Shown piece after piece: positions 12,135 through 25,600 of a stretch of DNA of 64,000 nucleotides (the stretch's first letter is position 1; the number at the start of each line of letters is the position of its first letter). Made by a program: the position numbers and the translations under genes. Source of the stretch: Pristiophorus japonicus (taxonomy: Eukaryota); NCBI RefSeq assembly GCF_044704955.1, contig NC_091991.1, forward strand, positions 33,108,001-33,172,000, written 5' to 3'. The notes below the pieces were generated by a model. The model was given only the letters and a program-made list of their open reading frames with translations. It was not told the origin of the DNA and did no database searches.

Positions 12135-12747
12135 CACCTCGACATGAATTTGTAGACACACGCTTTTGTAGGTGTGCTAGGCCCGTGATCCCAGGCAGGT
12201 CCTGTCAAGCATACTTGTATGCAGCTGATGAAGGGAGAATGGGATGGCGACTGTTGGCTGCACACTTGTAATGAGAAAGCATCGTAAAGACCAAATCATC
12301 GAAGGTTTTCCAGTTTCAGAGCATGAGAGAAACTTCAAAATGGAGCTCAGAACCTCATTAATATGTCACGCCTGGGGCAAATGAACAATGGAGAAACTCA
12401 GACAAAATAAACTGAGGGCGAAGGTTTATCAAGTTGATAATAAATGTAATCCATCACTACTGATCCATCAAGAATAACATTTTGCATCCTGTCTCAAACC
12501 GTAATCATTCAGTGGAAGAATCCGCTTATACAAGATTGGAGGAGGCCCTCGAACATTTGAAGAGAGCTTGTTGTAAATTGAGATGTCCTAATTCTGTAAT
12601 TATCTTGCATGTTAACATTCACCTCGTCAGTGGGGAAAATTCTTATTTAAATAAACTGTGGAACACGCTTTCTATTATTGGGGCATTTTCATTTTAGTGA
12701 GAACCTATTTCGTTTTTAAAAAAGATTTTTTGGTATTGTATTTGGTA

Positions 12748-12896
12748 CATGATAATCCGATAGTTTCATGGCACCATTATTGACACTAGCTTTTTATTCC
12801 AGATTTTAAATTCCACAGCTGCCGTGGTGGGATTTGAACTTGCGTCTTTGGATTATTAGTCCTCTGGATTACTAGTCCCGTAACTTAACCACTATG
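12748..12896 (-). mobile_element. tRNA-derived SINE fragment
   Basis: gtggtgggatttgaac (B-box-like on minus strand) and ttaaccactatg (A-box-like). Confidence 0.55.
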
Positions 12897-12933
12897 TAAT
12901 CTTGTAATCTCCAATGAAATCTGATGTGGTTTA

Positions 12934-15900
12934 TGTTGTGTATGAGTAAAGAGTCTGACTGGACACCGTGGGCTCAAAGTAAAGTGTGACCGTAGTCTTT
13001 TATTGCAGGTCTCCAGAGTGTCTCTCCAACCTGTGAGGCCTCCTTAAGTACCTGTGCTCTCAAGGGATTGTGGGATTCCTTGGGACTCCAGGGGATGAGC
13101 CCTCTGATGGCTACGCAAGTTATATACAGGTTTACATATGTAACAACACTCCCCCCGCCCCCCCCCCCCCCCCCACCAAAAGTCAACAGTGTAACTCTTT
13201 ACAAGGTGAGTCGATGTAGGGTCTTTCTTTCCCTGGTTGATTGTCTCGGTGCAAATGCTGGTTTTGGTGAATCGTTTGTTGGGCCCTTGCTGGGCTGCTG
13301 TGCAGCTGGCCTTGCTGGGCTGCCTGAAGTGGTGAGTCCTGCTGGGCTGCTGTGGGTGATGGGTTCTGCTTCGTGGCCAACCTGCGGTGCCGGTTGCCAC
13401 TGGTGTGTATGTTGCGGGGTCAGAGAAGGTAGGGTCCAAAGTTGGTTGCTCAGGATAGTCCGTGAATCTGAGTTTGATTTGGTCCAAGTGTTTCCGGTGA
13501 ATGAGTCAATTTGAAAGTTTGACCCGAAACACCCTGCTCTCCTCTTTGGCCACAATAGTGCTGGGAAGCCACTTGGGACCTTGTCCATAGTTCAACACAT
13601 ACAGGATCATTGATTTCAATTTCGCGTGACACATTTGCGCTATCATGAAATGTACTTTGTTGAAGCCGCCTGCTCTCTACCTGTTCATGTAGATCAGGGT
13701 GAACTAATGAGAGCCTTGTCTTAAGTGCTCTTTTCATGAGCAGTTCAGCAGGTGGAATCCCAGTGAGCGAGTGGAATCTCGTGCGGTAGCTAAGCAGGAC
13801 TCGGGATAGGTGAGTCTGCTGTGAGCCTTCCGTTACCCTCTTCAAGCCTTGCTTGATGGTTTACACTGCTCTCTCTGCCTGACCATTGGATGCTGGTTTG
13901 AACGGGGCAGATGTAACATGTTTGATCCCATTACGGGTCATGAACTCTTTGAACTCAGCACTGGTAAAACATGGGCCGTTGTCGCTCACAAGGACATTAG
14001 GCAGTCCGTGCGTGGCAAACATGGCCCGCAGGCTTTCAGTGGTGGCAGCGGACGTGCTTGCCGACATTATCTCACATTCAATTCATTTGGAGTACGCATC
14101 TACAAACACAAGGAACATTTTACCCAAAAACCGGCCTGCATAGTCGACATGGACCCTAGACCACGGTTTGGTGGGCCAAGACCATAAACTTAGCGGCGCC
14201 TCCCTGGGTGCATTGCTTAACTGTGAGCATGTGTTATATTTGTGCACGCAGGACTCTAAGTTCGCATCGATACCGGGCCACCACACGTGGGATCTGGCTA
14301 TCGCTTTCATCATTACAATGCCTGGGTGAGTACTGTGGAGGTCACTGATGAAAGTGTTATTGCCCTTCTTGAGAACCACTAACCGGTTGGCCCACAGAAG
14401 GCAGTCTGCCTTTACAGACATTTCATTTTTGCGTCGCAGGTACGGCTTTATCTTTTCCTGCATTTCCACTGGGACACTGGGCCAGCTCCTGTGAAGCACA
14501 CAATTTTTTACTAGGGACAGTAAGGGGTCCTGGCTCGTCCAGGTTCTAATCTGTCGGGCTGAGACAGGTGATTGCTCACTCTCGAATGCTTCCATAACCA
14601 TGACTAAATCTGTGGGCTGTGCCATTTCCACCCCCTTGTTGGGCAATGGCAGCCTACTGAGAGCATCGGCACAGTTTTCTTTGCCTGGCCTGTGGCGGAT
14701 AGCGTCGTTGTATGCGGACAACATGAGTGCCCATCTCTGGATGCGGGCCGATGCATTTGTATTTATCCCCTTACTTTTGGAAAAAAGGGCCATCAGTGGC
14801 TTATGGTCAGTTTCCAATTCAAATTTGAGCCCAAACAGATATTGATGCATTTTCTTTACCCCATAAACACACGCTAACGCTTCTTTTTCAATCATGCTAT
14901 ATGCTCTCTCGGCCTTAGACAGACTTCTGGATACATAAGCAACCGGTTGCAATTTCCCAGATTCATTAGCTTGTTGCAATACACACCCGACACTGTACGA
15001 CGACGCATCACATGCTAGTACCAAACGCTTACATGGATCATACAACACAAGCAATTTGTTTGAGCATAACAATTTTCTAGCTTTTACAAAGGCATTTTCT
15101 TGGCTTTTGCCCCATACGCATTCGTCTCCTTTACGCAGTAAGGCGTGCAGTGGTTCTAACAGTGTGCTGAGACCTGGTAAGAAGTTACCAAAGTAGTTCA
15201 GGAGTCCTAGAAACGACCGCAGCTCCGTCACGTTCTGTGGCCTCGATGCGTTCTTGATTACCTCCGTCTTCGAATCGGTGGGCCTGATGCAGTCCGCCGC
15301 GATTCTTCTCCCCAGGAACTCCACTTCAGGCGCCAGGAAAACGCACTTCGAGCATTTTAACCTGAGCCCCACACGGTTGAGTCGACTAAGAACCTCCTCC
15401 AGGTTCTGCAGATGCTCGACTGTGCCCCGACCTGTAACCAAGATGTCATCCTAGAAGACCACCGTGCGCGGGACCGACTTCAGTAAGCTTTCTATGTTTC
15501 TCTGGAATATCGCCGTGGCTGATCGAATCCCAAACGGGCATCTGTTGTAAATGAAGAGACCTTTGTGCGTGTTGAAGCAGGTGAGGCCCTTCGATGATTC
15601 CTCCAGCTCCTGCGTAATGTAGGCCGAGGTCAAGTCTAGCTTCGTGAACGTCTTTCCTCCCGCCAGCATAGCAAAAAAGTCATCAGCTTTTGGTAGTGAG
15701 TATTGATCCTGCAGGGAGAAACGATTGATAGTTACTTTGTAATCGCCACAGATTCTGACGTGCCATCTCCCTTGAGGACTGCAACAATCGGACTGGCCCA
15801 CTCATTGAATTCGATCGGCGAAATGATGCCCTCTCGTTGCAACCGGTCTAGCTTGATCTCTACCCTTTCTCTCATCACGTACGGTACTGCTCTCGCCTTG

Positions 15901-17524
15901 TGATGTATGGGTCGCGCCCCCGAAATTAGGTGGATATGCACTTTTGCTCCTTGGAACTTCCCGATGCCTGGTTTGAACAGTGAAGGGAACTTGTTTAAGA
16001 CCTGGGCACACGAAGTGTCATCAGCGGACGAAAGCGCTCTGATGTCGTCCCAGTTCCAGCGTATCTTTCCCAGCCAGCTCCTGCCGAGCAGCGTGGGACC
16101 ATCGCCCAATACCACCCAGAGTGCTGGCTTGTGCACCGCTCCATTGTAGGAGACCTTTACAGTAGCACTGCCAATTACGGGAATCAGTTCATTTGTGTAA
16201 GTTCTCAGTTTCGTGCGAATGGGAGTCAAGACTGGCCTTGAGGCCTTGCTGCACCACAATTTATCGAAAGTCTTTTTGCTCATTATTGACTGGCCCGCGC
16301 CCGTGTTCAGCTCCAGTGACACCGGGAGTCCTTTTAATTCAACCGTCAGCATTATCGGGGGACAATTCGTGGTGAATGTGTGCACCCCATGTACCTCTGC
16401 CTCCTCGGTCAGAGGCTCTGGTTCGTCATGATCGCCGCGGATCTGTCCTCCTCTGCAACATGGTGGTTTGCAGGATTAACAGGGTTTGCAGCTCGCCTGC
16501 ACATGCGTGGGAGGTGTCCCATTGTTCCACAGCCCTTGCAAACGTATCCTTTGAAGCGGCATGAATGGAAACGATGATCACCCCCGCAGCGCCAATAAGG
16601 TGTTAATGGCTTTGCATTCATCACCCTTGATGGTGGACTCTGAGACATCTGCGGACGTGCAGCTGCAGGCATGTGGGGCCTGCCCTGTACATTCCAATTT
16701 GAAAACAATACCACTTTGTTCACAGTACTTGTAGCAGCACTTGTGTGCTGAGAGATTTGCTTAGTATTGTCACTGATGGCAATGAACGCCTGGACTATTG
16801 CTATGGCTTTACTCAAGGTTGGGGTCTCTACAGTCAAATGTTTGCGAAATATCACTTCATGGCCAATGCCAAGTACGAAAAAGTCTCTGAGCACATGCTC
16901 CAACTGTCCTTCAAATTCGCAATGTCCTGCAAGGCATCTTAGCTCGGTGACATAACTCGCCACTTCCTGGCCTTCAGACCTTTTGTAGGTGTAGAACCGG
17001 GACCTCGCCATCAGAACGCTTTCCTTCGGGTTAAGATGCTCCCTGACCAGTGTGCACAAATCATCGTACGGTTTCTCTGTGGGTTTCGCTGGAGCAAGCA
17101 GATTTTTCATGAGGCCGTACATTGGTGCCCTGCAGACGGTGAGGAGAATCGCCCTTCATTTGGCAGCGTTCGCTTCTCCTTCCACCTCGTTGGCCATGAA
17201 GTATTGGTCGAATCACTCCACAAAGGTTTCCCAATCAGCTCCCTCTGAGAATTTCTCCAGGATGCCCACTGTTCTCTGCATCGTTAGGTTCGTCATCTGT
17301 GTCTCGTCGGCAGTTGTTGGGTATGAGTAAAGAGTGACTGGACACTGTGAGCTCAAAGTAAAGTGTGACCGTAGTCTTTTATTGCAGGTCTCCAGAGTGC
17401 CACTTCAGCCTGTGAGGCCTCCTTAAGTACCTGTGCTCCCAAAGGATTATTGGATTCCTTTGGACTCCAGGGGATGAGCCCTCTGGTGGCTACACAAGAT
17501 ATATACATGTTTACATATATAACA
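12934..17524 (-). mobile_element. Full-length decayed Ty3/Gypsy LTR retrotransposon
   Basis: LTRs 12934-13145 and 17315-17524 (TGT..ACA); PBS-like tgccgacgag; G-rich PPT; TSD gttta/gtttg; order gag-PR-RT-RNaseH-IN. Confidence 0.95.
13200..17281 (-). pseudogene. Gypsy gag-pol, disrupted
   Basis: CKGCGTMGH knuckle, LNTGA protease site, RT VVF*DD (stop at catalytic motif), LACDAS, ELETDHKPL, HVDYAG, SDNGP, SNGQAER. Confidence 0.92.
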
Positions 17525-17994
17525 GTTTGTGTTCTAATGTTCTTTGGGGAGGTGGGGGAAGTCCTCACATCGATGAAAGTGATGGCATCATGCATGAAAT
17601 CCTTTTTGCTGGCACATCCACACACTCAGCCTGTCAGTGCTGCATGTCCATCAATCGCCCATTACTTGGTTCCACCTGAGCCACTTTACCAAATCTTGAT
17701 CCAGATTTACTTTTAGCATAATCTGTGTTTAAAGTATTTACTGTGGCCTTGGTTAAATATCTTGTCTGAAGTCAATCTGTCTACAAAGGTTTAGGTGCCT
17801 GCGTTTCATGAACTTTTAGATTACTTTTTAATGAACATTACGCATGTGATAAAGCAAAGATTTATTATTTAGGAGCAAGTTTACCCTGAGAATTTGTTCT
17901 GAAAGATTTCTGTGGATGCTGCTGACCTGTGGATGTGGCTGAAAGTGAGTGTTGAGACTACGCTGCTCCCAAGGCTTGGCTACTGTGTGTGATG

Positions 17995-18310
17995 GAACAT
18001 AGGAACAGTTCCATTCCTCGGGCCCGCTCTGCCATTCAGTTAGTTCAAGGCTGACCTGCATCTCAACTCCATCTACCTGCCTTTGCTGTGTATCCCTTGA
18101 TACCCTTACCGAGCAAAAATCTGTCTTCCTCAGTCTTAAAAACTCCATTGTCCTAGCATTCACAGCCTTTTGAAGGAGAGTTCCAGATATCAACCACCCT
18201 TTGTGTGAAAAGGTGCTTCCTGATTTTTCTCCTAGCTCTAATTTTGAGATTATGTCTCCTTGTTCTTGATTCTCCAGCAGAGGAAATTGTTTATCTGTAT
18301 CTACCCTGTG
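17995..18310 (-). mobile_element. Old CR1 3' fragment
   Basis: Degenerate match to CR1 ORF2 C-terminus (KGWLISGTL..KAVNA) and tail. Confidence 0.6.
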
Positions 18311-18380
18311 GGTGTAACTTACAGTGCCACTTTGTTTGAAAGCACCGTGACAACAGTGAAACTGCCTTCTACAAAACCTA

Positions 18381-19468
18381 GGGCTCAATTTTCCCCAAAG
18401 CTGTTTTTTTGCCATTGTTAAACAGTTATGCTGTTTTTTTGGGTCCCATCTACGCCAAAAAAAAAATCATCCCACTTTCCCCGTTTGAATTGTTGATTTT
18501 GGCGCCACGTGGCCTGTCCTTTAGCTTTGGGGGGTGGCTCTAAGATCTGTGTCAAAAAGATCGGGTTGCCACGGTAACCAGGGACACACTGCGGGCTGAG
18601 ACTGGAACGTGACATATACAACAGCCAGCTCACAGCAACCTGCACAAGCACTGTAGACATTTCAGCAACTTACCACCGTGAAATTATTAAAGTGTTTATG
18701 ACAAAAGTCTATCCCCCAGCCCAGCCGGTGCCGGTACCCGCTGCTATCCCTGGTCGAAGAGCCTCCCACTCCTGGTACCCACTACTATCCCAGGCCGAAG
18801 GGCCTCCTGATGCCAGGTACCCGTTCCTAACTCTGGCCGAATGGCCTTTCCCCCCCCCCCCCCCCCGCTCTCGCACTCTCTCTCCCCTTTCTGCTGCTGC
18901 TGTCCGGGCCCTGGAAGTGCAGCTGCTGCGCCGATTTCCTCACCTGCGCCGATTTCCTTACCTACGTCGATTTCCTCACCTGCGCCGATTTCCTTACCTA
19001 CGCCGATTTTCTTACCTGCACCGATTTCCTTACCTACGCCGATTTCCTCAACTGCGCCGATTTTCTTACCTGCGTCGATTTCCTTACCTACGTCGATTTC
19101 CTCACCTGCGCCGATTTCCTCACCTACGCCGATTTCCTCACCTGCGCCGATTTCCTTACCTACGCCGATTTTCTTACCTGCGCCGATTTCCTCACCTACG
19201 CCGATTTCCCTACCTGCCCAGAAGGTTTTTCCACAGAGGTCACATACGCCATCCTCAGAAAAATTGGAGTAAATCGGAGCTGGCCAAATTTGTGTAAATG
19301 GCCAGAATTGGCGCGGGTGGCAGGTTATGCCCCAATGAGGTCAAAAAAAACTAACCTAAAAAAATTGTAACTCACTGAGTTACACTGGCACACAATCCTT
19401 GGGGAAACTTGGATTTTTAAATTTAGGCCAAAAAAAGCGGTGCCTATAAACTGGGGAAAATTGAGCCC
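18381..19468. mobile_element. PIF/Harbinger-type MITE
   Basis: Perfect 16-bp TIR gggctcaattttcccc (18381-18396, 19453-19468); 3-bp TSD cta. Confidence 0.88.
18925..19215. repeat. 18-bp minisatellite (~16 units, cgccgatttcctYacctR) inside MITE
   Basis: Directly visible tandem array. Confidence 0.93.
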
Positions 19469-19737
19469 CTAGTATTGGTTCTTCAAATCAAAGTGAAAGG
19501 CACTATCTGTTTGTATGAATTTGTGGTTTGATTCCCTCCTGCTTTTGTTAGACTGGTGCAAATTTTACTTGTAAAACTGTTTCTCTGAGTTTCAGGCCAT
19601 CTTATTTCTCCCTTTGTAAAGTATTGTTATAAGGAATCCTGCTGCAGTCTCCAGGTACTAGTGTGACTGCCATCATCAACCAGAAGTTTTGAGTAAGCTA
19701 ATTGTCAGTGCTCTGACTGCCAATTCAGTTAAGAAAG

Positions 19738-20175
19738 AAGAAAGACTGGCTTGGATTTATATAGCGCCTTTCACGACTACCGGACGTCTCAAAGCACTTT
19801 ACAGCCGATTAAGTACTTTTGGAGTGTAGGAAACTTGGCAGCCAACTTGCGCATAAACGAGCTCCCACAAACAGCAATGTAATAATGACCAAATAATCTG
19901 TTTTTGTTATGTTGATTGAGAGATAAATATTGGCCAGGGCACTGGGGATACCTCCCCTGCTCTTCTTCTAAATTATGCCATGGGATCTCTTACGTCCACT
20001 TGAGAGAGCAGACGGGGCCTTGGTTTAACATCTCATATGAAAGACGGCACCTCCAACAGTGCAGTACTCTCTCAGCGCTGCACTGGAGTGTCAGCCAAGA
20101 TGTTTGTGCTCAAGTCCCCAAGTCCCTGAGTGGGGACTTGAGCATATAAGTCACCTGACTTAGGTAGGGGAGACA
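19738..20175 (-). mobile_element. Deu-domain SINE
   Basis: Homologue of 5220-5665. Confidence 0.7.
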
Positions 20176-20278
20176 ACTAGCCCTGGGAATTGTAACACAC
20201 TTCTCTGGCATAAGTGAAAAGCGAGTGCGAACTGCTGATTTTAGTACTTCTGTCCTGTCGTACTTCGATTGCAACATC

Positions 20279-20808
20279 CTCTGGGAGAACAAACGCACCA
20301 ACGTCAGTATTCTTGATCAGGCCAACATTCCCAGCATCGAAGCACTAACCACACTCGACCAGCTCCGTTGGGTGGGCCACATTGTCCGCATGCCCGACAC
20401 AAGACTCCCAAAGCAAGCACTCTACTTGGAACTCCTACACGGCAAGCGATCCCCAGGTGGGTAGAGGAAACGTTTCAAGGATACCCTCAAAGAATCCTTG
20501 TTAAAGTGCAACATCCCCATCGACACCTGGGAATCCCTGGCCAAAAATTGCCCAAAGTGGAGGAAGAGCATCTGGGAGGGCGCTGAGCACCTCGAGTCTC
20601 GTCACCGAGAGCATGCAGAAACCAAGCGCAGACAGTGGAAGGAGCCTGTGGCAAACCAGGCTCTCCACCTACCCTTTCCTTCAACGACTGTCTGTCCAAC
20701 CTGTGACAGAGACTGTAATTTCCATATTGGACTGTACAGTCACCTGAGAACTCACTGAGAGTGAAAGCAAGTCGTCCTTGATTTCGAGGGACTGCCTATG
20801 ATGATGAT
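20279..20808 (+). mobile_element. RTE LINE 3' fragment unique to copy 3
   Basis: DQANIPSIEAL..LPKQALY; (tga)n tail; empty site gcaacatatttgtgca in copies 1 and 2. Confidence 0.88.
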
Positions 20809-22600
20809 CTGTGCACCACACCATAGAATGGGTTCACATCCACCTTTCTCTACAGGTCCCTGTCTCTGGACAAGACTGAATGGAGGCAAAGTGCTTGACC
20901 ATAGGGAAGAAATAGCGGATGATAATTAAATTCACAGACTAACACCAATTAACTTGCACATTAAAAGCCAGAGACCATATTCTAGGGGTGGAGCAAAAGC
21001 TTGTGAGGATCATTTTTGAATTGTTCTTGTTTAGCAAGGTGTGAGACTGAGAGTGTGTGACTGACTTCCATAAGGTTGTGTGTGTTTTCCCGCTGTAATG
21101 TCTATAGTTTCTCCGTTCCCTGGCAGCCCAGTAGGGGTAAGTGTTTGTGGTCCTCTGATCCATTGAGGGAGGCTCTGTCCATTCACAAGAGCTGTTTTTT
21201 TCAGGGTTGTTTTAACATGGATTCAAACCATCTGAATGTAATGGACACGTGAAATGGAAGTCCCATCCCTATGGCAATACTGGTAACCTGCACACTACCA
21301 TGTGCTACATGATCTAACTGGCTACACTCTGCTGGACAAATCTATCCCTAGGGCAGAGATGGCTTTGATTTCACGTATTTGACTGAAGCATATGTTTATA
21401 GTTTGATTTAAGCTAAAACCTGTTTGGTTAATGTCAAAAATGCAGAATCCTTAGTTTATCTTCACCCACTTGGGTGGAATAGAGGGACAAAAATTATAAA
21501 ATCATCTTGCTTTTGATCTCAATTTCATTCTGCCCCCATTGTGATCTTAATTGGGCTTTTTGCTGCACTTTGTATTGATTGAGTATATTGTGTACACACT
21601 GGATTGAGAATGTTGTTTTAATACGATTGTCGCTCAGTAAACCATCACAATTCACTGATTGCTTTGTAATCATCAGGCGTCAAGGAAATGGAGTACGTAC
21701 AGCTAGCCAACTCTCACCCAAAATATATACAACACGTACAATCAATGAAGCTGTATGCTGTATATTTGTAAGTGCTTCTCCACTCCCTATTTTTGCTGGT
21801 CTTGTGTCATCATCATCATAGGCAGTTCCTCGGAATCGAGGAAGACTTGCTTCCACTCCTAAAGTGAGTTCTTTGGTGGCTGAACAGTCCAATATGAGAG
21901 CCACAAACCCTGTCACAGGTGGGACAGACATTTGTCAGGGGAAGGGGGGGGGTGGGACTGATATGCCGCACACTCCTTCCGCTGCCTCCGCCTGACCTCT
22001 TCACGCTCACGGCTTTGAGATTCGAAGAGCTCAACGTCTTCCCGGATGCACTTTCTCCACCTAGGGCGGTCTTCGGCCAGGGACTCGCAGGTGTCAGTGG
22101 TGATGTCGCACTTTACCAGGGAGGCTTTGAGGGTGTCCGTGTCACGTTTCCGCTGCCCACCTTTGGCTCGTTTGCCGTGAAGGAGCTCCGCATAAAGCAA
22201 TTGCTTAGAGAGTCTCGTGTCTGGCAGGCGAACCATGTGGCCTGCCCAGCGAAGCTGATCGAGTGTGGTCAGTGCTTCAATGCTGGGGATGTTAGCCTGG
22301 GGAGGACACTGATGTTGGTGTGTCTGTCCTCCCAGGGGATTTGCAGGATCTTGTGAAGACATCGTTGGTGATATATCTCTAGCAACTTGAGGTGTCTTCT
22401 GTACATCGTCCATACCTCTGATCCATACAGCAGGGCAGGTATTACTACAACCCTGTAGGCCATGAGCTTGGTGGTAGATTTGAGGGCCTGGTCTTCGAAC
22501 ACTCATTTCATCAGGAGACCGAAGGCTGCACTGGAGGCGATGTTGAATCTCCGCATCAATGTCTGCCTTTGTTGATAAGAGACTCCTGAGGTATGGAAAG

Positions 22601-25600
22601 TGTTATGTCTTGAATAAATAGTCAGACAAGATACTGCAAGCACAAAGTAAAGTGTGACCATAGTCCTTTATTACAGATCTCAGAGTGCCTATCCAGCCTG
22701 TGAGGCCTCCTTATATACAGGTGCTCCCAAGGGATTGTGGGATCCCTTGGGTCTCCAGGGGATAAGCCCTCTGGTGGTTAGACTTGGTATTTACAGGTTT
22801 ACAAATACATAACAACACTTTCCCCCCCCCCTCCGCCTCCCCCCCCCCCCCCAAGTCAATAGTGTAACTATTTACAATGTGAGTCGATCTGGGGCCTTCC
22901 TTTCCCTGGTTAATTGTCTCGTTGCAAATGCTGGTTTTGGTGAGTCGTTTGTTGGGCCCTCGCTGGGCTGCTGCGCAGCTGGCCTTGCTGGGGGTGGTGA
23001 GTCCTGCTGGGCTGCTGCGGGTGATGGGTTCTGCTTCGTGGTCAACCGCTGGGTCGGTTGCCACTTGTGTGTGTGTTGGAGGGTCGAAAAAGGTGGAGTC
23101 TATTGTGAGTTGTTCTGGACAGTCCGTAAATCTGAGTTTGGTTTGGTCCAAGTGTTTTCTGCAGGTCCATTTGAGAGTTTGACCACAAACACCGTACTCC
23201 CCTCTTTGGCCGAAACAGAGCCAGGAAGCCACTTGGGACCTTGTCCATAGTTCAACACAAATACAGGATCATTTATCTCAATTTCGCGTGACACATTTGC
23301 GCGATCATGATGTGCATTCTGTTGAAACCGCCTGCTCTCTACCTGTTCGTGTAGATCAAGGTGGACTAACGAGAGCCTTGTCTTAAGTGCCCTTTTCATG
23401 AGCAGTTCAGCGAGAGCGACCCCAGTGAGCGAGTGGGGTCTTGTGCGGTAACTAAGCAGGACTCGGGATAAGCGAGTCTGCAGTGAGCCTTCAGTTACCC
23501 TTTTCAAGCTCTGCTTGACGTTTAAACGGGGCAGATGTGACACGTTTGATCCCGTTGCGGGTCATGAACTCCTTGAACTCAGCACTGATAAAGCGCGGCC
23601 CATTGTCAGTTACAAGGACATCAGGCAGGCCGTGCGTGGCAAACTTTGCCCGTAGGCCTTCAATGGTGGCAGCGGACGTGCATGCCGACATTATCACACA
23701 TTCAATCCATTTGGAGTACGCATCTACAACCACTAAAAACATTTTTCCCAAGAATGGGCCTGCATAGTCAACATGGGCCCTGGACCACGGTTTGGAGGGC
23801 CAGGACCATAAAGTTACTGGCGCCTCCCTGGGTGCATTGCTTAGCTGGGAACATGTATTACATTTGTGCACGCAGTACTCTATAAATCTGCATCGCTACT
23901 GGGCCACCACATGTGGGATTTGGCTATCGCTTTCATCATTACGATGCCTGGGTGGGTGCTGTGGAGATCCTTAATGAAGGTGTCCCTGTTCTTTTTTGGC
24001 ACCCCTACCCGATTACCCCATAGGAGGCAGTCGGCCTGTATAGACATTTCACCTTTGTGCCGCTGGTACGGCTTCATTTCTTCCTGCATCTCTAACCGGA
24101 CACTAGGCCAACTCCCGTGGAGCACACAGTTTTTTACTAAGGACAGTAAGGGGTCCTGGCTCATCCAGGTTCTATCGGGCGGTAACAGGTGATTGCTCAC
24201 TGTCGAATGCTTCCATTACCATGACTAAATCTGCGGTCTGTGTCATTTCCACCCCCATATGGGCAATGGCAACCTACTGAGAGCATCGGCACAGTTTTCT
24301 GTGCCTGGCCTGTGGTGGATGGTGTAGTTGTATGCGGACAGCGTAAGCGGCCATCTCTGGATGCGGGCCGATGCATTCGTATTTATCCCCTTACTTTCAG
24401 AAAAGAGGGATATAAGCGGCTTAAGGTCGGTTTCCAATTCAAATTTGAGCCCGAACAGATATTGATGCATTTTCTTTACCCTGTAAACACACGCTAACGC
24501 TTCTTTTTCGATCATATCGTAGACTCTCTCAGCCTTAGACAGACTTCTGGATGCATAAGCAACCGGTTGCAATTTCTCAAATTCATTAGCTTGTTGCAAT
24601 ACACACCCGACCCCGTACGAAGAAGCATCACATGCTATTACCAAATGCATACATGGATCGTACAACACAAGCAATTTGTTTGAACATAACAGCTTCCTAG
24701 CTTTCTCAAAGGCATTTTCTTGGCTTTTACCCCATACCCATTCATCTTTACGCAGTAAAAAGTGCAGGGGTTCGAACAATGTGCTAAGACCCGGTAAGAA
24801 ATGACCAAAATAGTTCAGGAGTCCCAGAAACGACCGCAGCTCCGTCACGTTCTGTGGTCTCGGTGCGTTCTTGATTGCCTCCGTCTTCGAATCGGTGGGC
24901 CTGCAATTCTTTTCCCCAGGAACTCCACTTCAGGCGCCAGGAAAATGCATTTCAAGCATTTTAGCCTGAGCCCCACACGATTAAGCCGACTAAGAACCTC
25001 CTCCAGGTTCTGTAGATGCTCGACGGTGTCCCGACCTGTAATCAAGATGTCGTCCTGGAAGACCACGGTGTGCGGGACCGACTTCAGCAAGCTTTCCATG
25101 TTCCTCTGAATATCACCGCGGCCGATTGAATCCCAAACGGGCATCTGTTGTAAATGAAGAGACCTTTGCGCATGTTGATGCAGGTGAGGCCTTTCGATGA
25201 TTCCTCCAGCTCCTGCGTCATGTAGGCCGAGGTCAAGTCCAGCTTCGTGAACGTTTTCCCTCCTGCCAGCGTCGCAAATAGGTCGTCTGCCTTTGGTAGC
25301 GGGTATTGATCCTGTAGTGAGAAACGATTGATAGTTTGTAATCGCCACAGATTCTGACGGTGCCGTCTCCCTTGAGGACTGGAGCGACCGGACTGGCCCA
25401 CTCATTGAATTCGATCGGCGAAATGATGCCATCTCGTTGCAGCTTGTCCAGTTCGATCTCCACCCTCTCTTTCATGTAAGGTACTGCTCTCGCCTTGTGA
25501 TGGATGGGTCGCGCCCCCGGAATCAAATGGTTCTGCACTTTTGCTCCTTGGAACTTCCCGATGCCTGGTTCGAACAGTGAGGGGAACTTGCTTAGGACCT

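Larger units (their letters stand above)
5060..12747. repeat. Copy 2 of tandem unit (expanded by CR1/RTE-type insertions, right end truncated)
   Basis: Starts at gtaaaactg, homologous to 19571; similarity to copy 1 stops at tatttggta (~12747), where a SINE fragment begins. Confidence 0.9.

Noticed and set aside
18692-19297. 201-aa ORF with (LRRFPH/Y)n repeats
   Set aside because: By-product of a stop-free 18-bp array inside a MITE; open in more than one frame.
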